34,492 nt of DNA from an uncultured archaeon (lineage in GTDB: Archaea; Aenigmatarchaeota; Aenigmatarchaeia; GW2011-AR5): positions 1-34,492 of the forward strand of contig CAYJRV010000001.1 in the NCBI GenBank assembly GCA_964372695.1. Reading direction: 5' to 3'. Under the pieces are notes generated by a model. The model saw only the letters and a program-made list of their open reading frames with translations. It did no database searches and was not told the origin of the DNA. Positions within the stretch are counted from its first letter, which is position 1. The number at the start of each line of letters is the position of its first letter. Below are positions 1 through 7,680 of the stretch, piece by piece. The position numbers and the translations under genes were made by a program.

Positions 1-78
1 AACGTGATTTTTAAGGCTTTGAAAACAAAGCTTTATCAACTTTGCCAACTACTGTCCGTCCCAGGCCTTGCTGATTTT

Positions 79-2577
79 TTACTTCCTTTTCCTTGCTTCG
101 GCTTCCTTCTTCAGCCGCTCATAGCGCTCCTTCATTTCCGCTGTTTCCAGATCCGTGTCCAGCCACGAGTAGATCTTTCTTATCGACTCCCTTGCATACC
201 TCTTGATGCGGCCGTCCCTGTGGCCTTTGGTCATTTCTTCCAGCACAGGAATTGCCCTCTCGTCGCCAAGGTCACCAAGAGCAGCAACAGAGTAAAGCTG
301 TACAAGGATGGATTTCTCTTTGGTGCACTCCGTCAGGAAGTCCAGTACGTCTTTTCTCCCTTTCCCGGTCAGGCCAAGGTTTCTTATCGCGCTTAATCTC
401 GATTGTTCCTCATGGCCGTATTTTGCATGCTCCTTCAAGAGGTGTATCGATTCGTCCGTCTGCAGTTGGGCGATGCCGGCCAGCACGCCGGATTTTATCA
501 CGTCATTCCAGGATTGCACAGAAATATTTCTCTTGAGCAGCTGCATTGCTGCGTCCTGCCCTGTCTTGCCGGCGCTTTTCGCAGCTTCTGCAGGCACATA
601 GTAGCTGTTTTTGTCCTGCATGAGCCTTTTCAGCGTCTCAAGGGCTTTATCCGTCTTGAATTCCCCGAGCGCTGTGGCAACGGCGCGCCTCGCCTTCGGG
701 TTTCTTACGTCGGCCATTTTAATTAAAGCCTTCAGCGCATTCTCAGTCTTTATTGTCGCCAGCGACGATGCTATCTCTGCTTGGACGCCCCAGAACTTTT
801 CGCGTTCAAACCGCTTTGCAAGGGCGTTTACAGCCTCTGAATTCCCGAGCTTCGCAATTTCCTGCGCCGCAAATATCCTACCCAGGGGGTTTTCATCATT
901 CTCAAGCTGGTGGAGCCACATGGACTTGGGTTTGCTGAAGTCCATTTTTTTCAGCAGAAAGTTCTCGGGATCTATCCTCACGTCAAACGGCGGCGAGTTC
1001 AATTTGTACCTTAACTGTTTCTGTTTTTCTTCAATGGTCTCAAAAAATTTCCTTGTGCCTTCCCTCGTTGTTATTTCTATTGTTATGGGCAGTGAGAAGA
1101 GCGGCGTCTGCTCGTCTGTTTTTTGCGTCTGCGCAATGCGGATTACCGCTTCCCTGTTTTTGTCATCCCAGTAATAGGCTGCCTTGAGCTCGGGGTGGCC
1201 GGCGCCGTAGACCCATTGGTCGAAGAATTTCTTTATGCTCCTGCCGGACGCCTCTTCTATGGCCAGTATGAGGTCTTCGGTTTCCACTGTCCTGTTCTTG
1301 TGCTTTTCCACGTAGTGGTTGATGCATCTCCACCACACCTGCTCTCCGAGAATATTCCTGAGCATGTTCAGTACCAAAGAGCCCTTCTGGTACAGGTGCC
1401 GGTCAAAAATATCATTCGGCTCAAAAAATATGTTCGTGACTATGGGCCTCCTGTACCTGTCCCTGTCTTCCGCAAAATAGACCCTCGCATTGTCGTAAAG
1501 CTCGTAGAGAAATTCATCCCTGCCTTTGTCATGCTCCGCAAAAAGAGCGTCAAAGTATGTTGCGAAGCTCTCGTTGAGCCATACATGCGCCCAGTCCCTG
1601 CATGTCAGCAGGTCGCCAAACCACTGGTGCGCTAATTCATGCGCCACAAGGCTGTCATGGAATGCCTCCTCATGCGCGCGCTCATCGTGCAGTGCAAGGT
1701 CAGTTTGTGTAGTTGCGGTTGTGTGTTCCATCCCGGCAAAGAAGAAATCTGCGACAGCCACTTGCGCATATTTTTCATAAGGGTACCTCACGCCCGTCTT
1801 TTTCGAGAACAGTTCCATGATGCGCGGCGTCTTGCCGAATGCCCGTCTTGCATCAGCTTCCCTTCCTTTCTCGCAGTAGTACGTTATTGGTATTCCGTCC
1901 CACTCGTCCTTTATTTCAGAGAACTTCCCTATTGCAAACATGAGCAGGTAGGAGGCAACCGGCTGCCTCATCTTCCAGTGGTATGTTTTCTTCCCGCCCT
2001 TTTTGTCCTCCAGTACGTTGATGAGGATGCCGTTTGAAAGGGCAAAAAATTCCTGCGGCACTGTTATGACTGTCTCGGCCATGAATTTTTCATGTGGCGC
2101 GTCGTGGCATGGGTACCAGTAGCGCGCTTCCTCGGCCTCGCTGTGCGTCCATATATGAACCGGTTTCTTCGGGTAGTGTTTGTCGGGCTCTATGAAGAAA
2201 ACACCAAGCTGCGGGTTGGTGATTTTGTAGTCTATGCTTATTTCCATGGACTCTCCGGCAGAAGCCTTTGTTCTCAGGTAAAGTGTGATTTTCTCGCCGT
2301 CGTAGTCATGCTTCAAAATTTTGCCTTCCCGGTCTTTTACAGAGACGATTTTCATGCCGACTGCGTCGAAAACAAGCCTGTCGGCGTCCATGAACATTTT
2401 TGCCGATATCACGGCCCTGCCGAACACAATCTTCTTCTGCATGTCAAACGAGAGCTCAAGCCTTATGTGTTCTGTCCTAAAATCCCTGTGCGGCGGGTAT
2501 TGTGGCGCTGATCCGGGGAGGGCGAACCTTGGATCGGGAAGAGCGTCAAACAAAAATTTGTTGTAAATCCTGCACAT
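79..2577 (-). CDS. M1-family zinc aminopeptidase (aminopeptidase N / tricorn-interacting-factor-like) with C-terminal HEAT-like repeats
   Basis: Exopeptidase motif FAGMEHT. Zinc motif HELAH followed 18 residues later by E (WLNESFATY). C-terminal Ala/Leu-rich repeats ending ...LGDLGDERAIPVLEE. The track start at 2604 is TTG, so the first ATG (MCRIYNKF) at 2577 is used. Confidence 0.85.
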   Translation of the reverse strand: MCRIYNKFLFDALPDPRFALPGSAPQYPPHRDFRTEHIRLELSFDMQKKIVFGRAVISAKMFMDADRLVFDAVGMKIVSVKDREGKILKHDYDGEKITLYLRTKASAGESMEISIDYKITNPQLGVFFIEPDKHYPKKPVHIWTHSEAEEARYWYPCHDAPHEKFMAETVITVPQEFFALSNGILINVLEDKKGGKKTYHWKMRQPVASYLLMFAIGKFSEIKDEWDGIPITYYCEKGREADARRAFGKTPRIMELFSKKTGVRYPYEKYAQVAVADFFFAGMEHTTATTQTDLALHDERAHEEAFHDSLVAHELAHQWFGDLLTCRDWAHVWLNESFATYFDALFAEHDKGRDEFLYELYDNARVYFAEDRDRYRRPIVTNIFFEPNDIFDRHLYQKGSLVLNMLRNILGEQVWWRCINHYVEKHKNRTVETEDLILAIEEASGRSIKKFFDQWVYGAGHPELKAAYYWDDKNREAVIRIAQTQKTDEQTPLFSLPITIEITTREGTRKFFETIEEKQKQLRYKLNSPPFDVRIDPENFLLKKMDFSKPKSMWLHQLENDENPLGRIFAAQEIAKLGNSEAVNALAKRFEREKFWGVQAEIASSLATIKTENALKALIKMADVRNPKARRAVATALGEFKTDKALETLKRLMQDKNSYYVPAEAAKSAGKTGQDAAMQLLKRNISVQSWNDVIKSGVLAGIAQLQTDESIHLLKEHAKYGHEEQSRLSAIRNLGLTGKGRKDVLDFLTECTKEKSILVQLYSVAALGDLGDERAIPVLEEMTKGHRDGRIKRYARESIRKIYSWLDTDLETAEMKERYERLKKEAEARKRK

Positions 2578-2598
2578 TTTCAGCACCAATAGAATGCT

Positions 2599-2730
2599 GA
2601 CCAACGCAGGCAGCGCGGCATTAAACGAAGCTTAATCCGTGCACGTGAAACTTCGTTTCGTGCTGCATTGTGCGTCCACAATACTGCCAACTGGCGTATG
2701 CGTCTGTAGCCATACCAGTCCGCGTTGGCC
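2599..2730 (+). ncRNA. Candidate structured RNA of unknown class (strand tentative)
   Basis: GC-rich block with no ORF, lying between divergent genes. Five nested or adjacent helices of 6-8 bp can be drawn (coordinates in findings). One G:T pair is tolerated only on the plus strand. Confidence 0.4.
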
Positions 2731-2812
2731 ATCATCGTTCGATAAATGGATAACCCTTTGTGCTTACTATTTTCACATAAAGGTTTTAATAGTATTTTAT
2801 TAATCTTTTCTG

Positions 2813-4189
2813 ATGAAGCCGTCTGATGTAGCGCATATTTTCCGTTCCTATGATGTGCGCGGCGTTGTGGGCAGGGACCTGGGGGACGAGATTATGGAAA
2901 GGATAGGCCTTGCCTTCGGCAATTACGTGAAAAAGGATATTGTTATAGCGCATGATGTCCGGATTCCAAGCCCTTTCCTGAAGGACGCTTTTATCGAGGG
3001 GTTCTTGAAATCGGGCCATTCAGCGGAGGACTGCGGCTTTCTGAGCCTGGGTGCCGGAATGTTCCGCGCGTGGCAGGCCGGAAAGGAGTTCGCGTTCGTC
3101 ACGGCATCGCACCTTCCGGCAGAGTGGAACGGCGTGAAGTTTTTCCACAGCAACGGCGCGGGTTTCATGGAAAAGGAGAATTATGAAATCAGGGACGCTT
3201 TTCTTTCGGGCTCTTCAGAAGGCCATTTCGCTGGGGCATATGAGTCTTACCCAAATGCCGCCGTGCTCGCGGAATATATAAAATTCCTTAATTCTAAAAT
3301 CAAGCTCAGGAAAAAATTGGATGTGGTGCTTGACTGCGGGAATGGCTGCGCCTGCATTCTCGCGCCGCAGCTCTTCAGGGCCGCCGGCTGCAGCGTTAGG
3401 GCGATATTTGACAAAGTGGATGGCACGTTTCCCAATCGCCTGCCGGACCCGATAGAGAAAGAGCTCTCTGTGCTGAAATCAGAGATGCCAGGCAGCGACC
3501 TTGGAATAGCCTACGACGGCGATGCCGACAGGACGGCGCTTGTGGACGACAAGGGCAGGTTCATGATGCCTGAGGAAACGTCTTTCATTATTTTGCTCGA
3601 ACTTCTAAAAAAAGAAAAAGGCCCGGTAGTGGCAAATGTCGAGTGCACAAGAATTATAGATTCAATAGCGGCAAAATTCAAGAGGCAGGTTATTCGTGTC
3701 CCTGTCGGTCACACCTTCCTGATGGAAGCCGTGAATAAGCACAGTGCCTCTTTCGGAGTCGAGTCGGCAGGCCATTATGCTATGCCGTCAATAATCCCGT
3801 TCGACGACTCAATGGTCGTCGGGCTTTACGTTGCGCACGTTCTGGCCCAGCGGGAGGAAAAGCTCTCGGAGCTGCGCAAAGAGGTACCGGAGATGCATTT
3901 CGAGCGCCTCAGCTACGAATGCCCCGACAAAGCCAAGTTCGAGATAATGAAAGGTCTCATGCAAAGGCTGTCAAAAGATTTTCCCAATGTAAACAAAATG
4001 GACGGCGTCCGCGTAGATCTTGAAAACGGCTGGTGTCTGATCCGCGTTTCCAACACATCTCCCTACATCCGCCTGACTGTGGAAGGGAACACAGAGCAGG
4101 ACAAAAAAGAGTTGCAGAAGCAGTTCTTGGATTACCTGAGAGCGGAAATGAGAAGATTCAATTTGGAGCTCGTCCCGGAGCACAAATAA
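2813..4189 (+). CDS. Phosphohexomutase (phosphomannomutase / phosphoglucomutase / GlmM family)
   Basis: Active-site serine loop TASHLPAEWNGVKF. Metal-binding loop GIAYDGDADR. The sugar-binding and phosphate-binding regions are of typical length (458 aa total). Confidence 0.9.
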   Translation: MKPSDVAHIFRSYDVRGVVGRDLGDEIMERIGLAFGNYVKKDIVIAHDVRIPSPFLKDAFIEGFLKSGHSAEDCGFLSLGAGMFRAWQAGKEFAFVTASHLPAEWNGVKFFHSNGAGFMEKENYEIRDAFLSGSSEGHFAGAYESYPNAAVLAEYIKFLNSKIKLRKKLDVVLDCGNGCACILAPQLFRAAGCSVRAIFDKVDGTFPNRLPDPIEKELSVLKSEMPGSDLGIAYDGDADRTALVDDKGRFMMPEETSFIILLELLKKEKGPVVANVECTRIIDSIAAKFKRQVIRVPVGHTFLMEAVNKHSASFGVESAGHYAMPSIIPFDDSMVVGLYVAHVLAQREEKLSELRKEVPEMHFERLSYECPDKAKFEIMKGLMQRLSKDFPNVNKMDGVRVDLENGWCLIRVSNTSPYIRLTVEGNTEQDKKELQKQFLDYLRAEMRRFNLELVPEHK

Positions 4190-4227
4190 AGGCTTTGTTT
4201 TGTAGAGAGCCTTTCAGTGGCTGAATC

Positions 4228-4437
4228 TTTACTGGGTTATATTGAATCCACAAAAGATTCCGTACATGTTTCTTTTGTGGTTCGCTACGCGCGGGAAACT
4301 TTGTTTTCCGGCGCACCAGAGAAGCTCAGCTTCTCTGCGTGTATGTAAACTCAGTTATATTGCACCGATTTTTTAGAATCATGCAATTTGCACGAATCAT
4401 AAGATTCGCGCAATAATATCAGATTATTTACTGGGTT
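4228..4437. repeat. Hairpin-rich unit bounded by an 11-bp direct repeat TTTACTGGGTT
   Basis: Exact copies at 4228-4238 and 4427-4437. Three strong hairpins lie between them, and the pentamer GAATC/GATTC recurs six times. Confidence 0.5.
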
Positions 4438-4450
4438 TACAATAACTATA

Positions 4451-5191
4451 TCACAGGTTCTTCTCCGCGAATTCCCTCGCTCTTTCCAGAGCAGTCTTGT
4501 CCCCTATGTCAAACCAGTAGGTGTCGAAAACATGCCCGAACACTTCCGTCCTCCTTGAGAGCCAGTCTATGAAGAAGCCGGGCGCATCCTTGTTGTTGCC
4601 TGCTGTTATGTATTCCTTTAGTTCATGTGCGATCCCGCTTGGGAACAGATAGCAACACGTTGATACCAGTGTGCTTTCCGGCTCCTCCGGCTTCTCTTTG
4701 AAGCGCACTATCTTCCCGTCAGCATCAATGACGACCTCGCCCAACCTTTTAACTTCCTGCAGGTTCTTGATGTTGTAAACAGCAACCATCGGTTTTTTCT
4801 GCCGCTTGAACTGCGCTATCATTTCGTCTACATTCAGGCTTATGAGGTTGTCCCCGCCTATCACAAGGACCTCGTCTTCTATGCCCTGGTTTTCCAGAAC
4901 AAAGTGCATTCCGCCTACAGCGCCGAGCTTCTCACCTTCATTGTCACTCTTCTCAGCAACTATCTTCACAGGAGTTTTGTAGCGTTGCGCAGCCAGCCAC
5001 CTGGTGAAGTCGTCCTGGAACTTCTCATTAGTGGAAATTATGATCCCGTCTATATGCCCAGAGTTTTCCAGCTTGTCCATGAGGTAAGAGATGATAGGCC
5101 TGCCGTTGATATCCACGAGCGGCTTCGCCTGCTCGTGTGTGAGCGGCCACAGCCTCTTGGCGTATCCGCCTGCCAGCACTATTGCTTTCAT
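4451..5191 (-). CDS. Sugar-phosphate nucleotidyltransferase (glucose-1-P thymidylyl/uridylyl- or mannose-1-P guanylyl-transferase family)
   Basis: N-terminal signature MKAIVLAGGYAKRLWPLT, followed by the GGDN.. and EKP.. regions typical of NTP_transferase proteins. ATG at 5191 is preferred over the upstream GTG at 5230. Confidence 0.85.
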   Translation of the reverse strand: MKAIVLAGGYAKRLWPLTHEQAKPLVDINGRPIISYLMDKLENSGHIDGIIISTNEKFQDDFTRWLAAQRYKTPVKIVAEKSDNEGEKLGAVGGMHFVLENQGIEDEVLVIGGDNLISLNVDEMIAQFKRQKKPMVAVYNIKNLQEVKRLGEVVIDADGKIVRFKEKPEEPESTLVSTCCYLFPSGIAHELKEYITAGNNKDAPGFFIDWLSRRTEVFGHVFDTYWFDIGDKTALERAREFAEKNL

Positions 5192-5435
5192 AGTACCCTT
5201 TGCTCCTGGCGCCACAAATCGTGCCGCCACATGGCTTTCATAGCTTTTTCTTGGCGGATAGTTTTATATCCTTTTTAGGGTTGCACGGGCGTGTTTATTC
5301 GGCGTCGCGCATCAGAAGCTTTTTATGATGGGGCGTTGCGTTGCAGATTTCTTCATCAGAACAATGATGTGCCATCACTCTAAATTTATGAGAGGAGTGT
5401 TGATTTTCTGGATCTTTTCTTAAAAATAAGCTGCG

Positions 5436-5645
5436 TCAGGTTTTAGAATGTGATAAGTTTATCTCGTTCTTCTGCTTCGGGATTCCGCTTCTCTTCCGAA
5501 TTTCAATCCACCTATGATAAGAGCAAGTCCCAGAAACTGTCCTGCATAAAGGATCAGTGCTAACATCCGGATGATATTTTTTCGCAAGTGCCCTGTACGC
5601 AGCAGCAATCACTTCAGGTGGCGCGTCTCTGGTAACGCCTAACAT
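5436..5645 (-). pseudogene. J-domain (DnaJ-like) fragment, probably decayed
   Basis: (LY)[28 protein letters not shown] matches J-domain helices I-II plus the HPD tripeptide. Nothing J-like follows. A transmembrane-like 35-aa ORF (5459-5566) sits in the +1 frame immediately after HPD. Confidence 0.4.
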
Positions 5646-5740
5646 ATCGTATAATTGTAAGCATCCGTTGCATACAATAAATAGCTACTTGCACATGTTT
5701 AAAGATTTCTATCTTTAATTACTTATAAGTAATAACAAGA

Positions 5741-6124
5741 TTAACCAGGCAACTCTGTGCGCTCTATGGAGTCGGCCTGTATCTCCAGCTCGGACCTGTA
5801 AAGGGCTGCCTTGCCTTTCACTATCACATTGTCGCCTTTCCTGAGGTCGTATACGCCTTTTTGCGTTCTGGCCGTGCGCTCAAACATGACAATTTTGGCC
5901 TTTCCTGTCCCGTCGGCTAGGGTGATAAATACGTGGCCATCATCGTTCGTCGAGTAAGACGCTATGGTTCCTGATATTTCTACCACCCTGCCGAGCGTTT
6001 CTTCTGTCATGTTGGCAGCAGCCAATTTTTCAGGTTTGGCAGACTGGCCAAAGGCCGCAATGCCTATAATCCCGATAACGGCAATCACAAGGGATATTTT
6101 TCTTATCTGCTCGTCTGTTATCAT
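5741..6124 (-). CDS. Membrane-anchored OB-fold (tRNA_anti-like nucleic-acid-binding fold) protein
   Basis: N-terminal TM helix ISLVIAVIGIIGIAAF. An OB-fold pattern follows: VVEISGTIAS...GHVFITLADGTGKAKIVMF...GDNVIVKGKAALYRSELEIQ. The start overlaps the upstream gene by ATGA. Confidence 0.7.
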   Translation of the reverse strand: MITDEQIRKISLVIAVIGIIGIAAFGQSAKPEKLAAANMTEETLGRVVEISGTIASYSTNDDGHVFITLADGTGKAKIVMFERTARTQKGVYDLRKGDNVIVKGKAALYRSELEIQADSIERTELPG

Positions 6125-6651
6125 GTCAGATCAAAAACCTCCAGGTCCTCATGGAGCGGCCCGTGCTTCGTGAGCGTGGATTTCTTCAGCCTGATTTTGT
6201 CAGCGAGAAAGCTGCCAAATTCTTCATCATGGTGCCTGCCGGCGAAAGCCTGCAGCTGCTTGTTGTAAATCTGCGATCTTACCCTGGCCAGCGTAAGATG
6301 CGGGACAGGCTTCTCCTTTGGGAGCATGTCAGCAAGCAACTCATTTACAGCTATATGCAGGTTGAGGAATTGCTCTGACTCAGCGCCTGCCCAGACAACG
6401 CGGATGAAGCTGCTGCTTGGGAAGAAGCCGATACTCTTCAGAAGGACGGTAAACTGGCCGGTCTTAATGTTTCCAACTCTCTTCACGACAGACTTCGTTT
6501 TTTCTTCATCCAGTTCACCTAGGAACTTCAGCGTGAAGTGCAGGTTTTCCTTTTCAACGGGCTTGGCATCGAGCCCGGTGAGTTCCTGCTGCAGTTTTGA
6601 CATTCTGTTCTTAATGTCCTCAGGGACGTCAACAGCCAGGAAACAGCGCAT
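6121..6651 (-). CDS. thpR: RNA 2',3'-cyclic phosphodiesterase (2H phosphoesterase, LigT/ThpR family)
   Basis: Two HxT motifs at canonical spacing (HFTLKFLG and HLTLARV). Length is 176 aa. Confidence 0.85.
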   Translation of the reverse strand: MRCFLAVDVPEDIKNRMSKLQQELTGLDAKPVEKENLHFTLKFLGELDEEKTKSVVKRVGNIKTGQFTVLLKSIGFFPSSSFIRVVWAGAESEQFLNLHIAVNELLADMLPKEKPVPHLTLARVRSQIYNKQLQAFAGRHHDEEFGSFLADKIRLKKSTLTKHGPLHEDLEVFDLT

Positions 6652-6804
6652 TCCGATCAGATATAGTAATTATCAGGAATCTTTATTAAGTGTGTGAGTT
6701 TAATTCCGTAAAATGCCATATCTATCAAAATTCCCCGTTTTTAAGCCAGCTGTGCAGCAAAAAGCTTTTAGTATACACGTGTTCAAAAAATAAAGGTGTG
6801 AGCT

Positions 6805-7107
6805 ATGGGCAGGAAGAAAGGCTTTGACGAGAAGAAGATTTTGTCCATTGTACAAGTCCTTCTGGCGAATCAGGACGGCATCTGGCTGCGCCAGATAGCC
6901 AAGGAAACCCGGCTTTCCCCGGCCACAGTAGGCAAATACCTGGATACAGCGCTAAAGCCGCTTGTTGAGGAGAGTTCCCTGGGCCGGTCAGAAAAGCCGC
7001 TGCTCCGCGTTGTCAGGCTCAAGCCCTTTGTTATTGAGAGGCTTCAGGAGGGCAAGACTCTTGCCGACATCATGAAAATTCTGCGTCTGGTGAGCAAAAT
7101 TAGCTGA
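6805..7107 (+). CDS. Small winged-helix DNA-binding protein
   Basis: HTH-like stretch LRQIAKETRLSPATVGKYL, 100 aa. An AGGTG Shine-Dalgarno-like box lies upstream of the ATG. Confidence 0.55.
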   Translation: MGRKKGFDEKKILSIVQVLLANQDGIWLRQIAKETRLSPATVGKYLDTALKPLVEESSLGRSEKPLLRVVRLKPFVIERLQEGKTLADIMKILRLVSKIS

Positions 7108-7680
7108 CTTTTATGATATTAAAACGACTAAATTTAGCTTTTTCTAGCCTAAAATGGTTAAAAATAGACTATTTTACCAAATTTATTAAATTTAATAAGA
7201 AAATTTTATAGAAAAGTATTATTTAGTGCTCACGAAAACTATTAACTAGCTCACTAAAAAACATCAAATTCACGAAGTGCTCATGAATATCACGTGAACT
7301 TAATGAATATTCATCAAAATTTTCATGAATATCATATGAATATTCATTTTTAGACTCACACTTTATGAATACCCACAACATCAGAAAATAGCAACACTCA
7401 CATTTTCCTCACTATTCACAGAATCCTTCACTTTTACTTCATAAACCTTCATAAAATGTTCATAAACCCTTCATAAAACCTTCACGTAGTTCATCAAATT
7501 TTTCTATGAATTCACGTGAAATTCATATGAAAGATAATAAAAAAGATCAATTTTAATATATATTCACAATAAAATTTATATTTTTATGAACATCTAGACA
7601 AAGAACCTAAATATTCTGTGAATAGATATGAACTTAAAAACATAAATGCTTTAATACTCTGTTATACAAATATAGTGAGC
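7108..7680. other. AT-rich, repeat-dense non-coding field; candidate replication origin or large regulatory region
   Basis: About 570 bp without an ORF and visibly far more AT-rich than its surroundings. It contains roughly twenty TCAY cores, two copies of the 12-bp palindrome ATGAATATTCAT (7303-7314, 7336-7347) and the palindromes TCACGTGA (7290-7297) and TTCACGTGAA (7511-7520). It lies directly upstream of an AAA+/winged-helix gene. Confidence 0.45.
7415..7529. repeat. Helically phased array of TTCAY(A/G)NA units
   Basis: TTCA(C/T) units start at 7415, 7427, 7438, 7448, 7459, 7470, 7481 and 7490, giving intervals of 12, 11, 10, 11, 11, 11 and 9 bp. Two more start at 7511 and 7522. Four consecutive units are exact TTCATAAA. 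Confidence 0.8.

Noticed and set aside
2599-2730. Calling the structured element a 5S rRNA, or a tRNA-like element (7-bp closing stem followed by CCA-like CCAT)
   Set aside because: The conserved 5S loop C and loop E sequences are missing, and the 3' domain forms two hairpins. No T-loop or anticodon-arm geometry supports a tRNA-like fold. It is kept only as an unclassified RNA candidate.
5308-5363. Possible C/D-box sRNA on the minus strand: CUGAUGA (5353-5359), then 37 nt, then CUGA (5312-5315)
   Set aside because: The box spacing is roughly right. However, the C box starts with C instead of a purine, the internal D' and C' boxes are unrecognisable (CGCA, GCCCCAU), and there is no terminal stem. 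It is too weak to call without expression or target-complementarity data.
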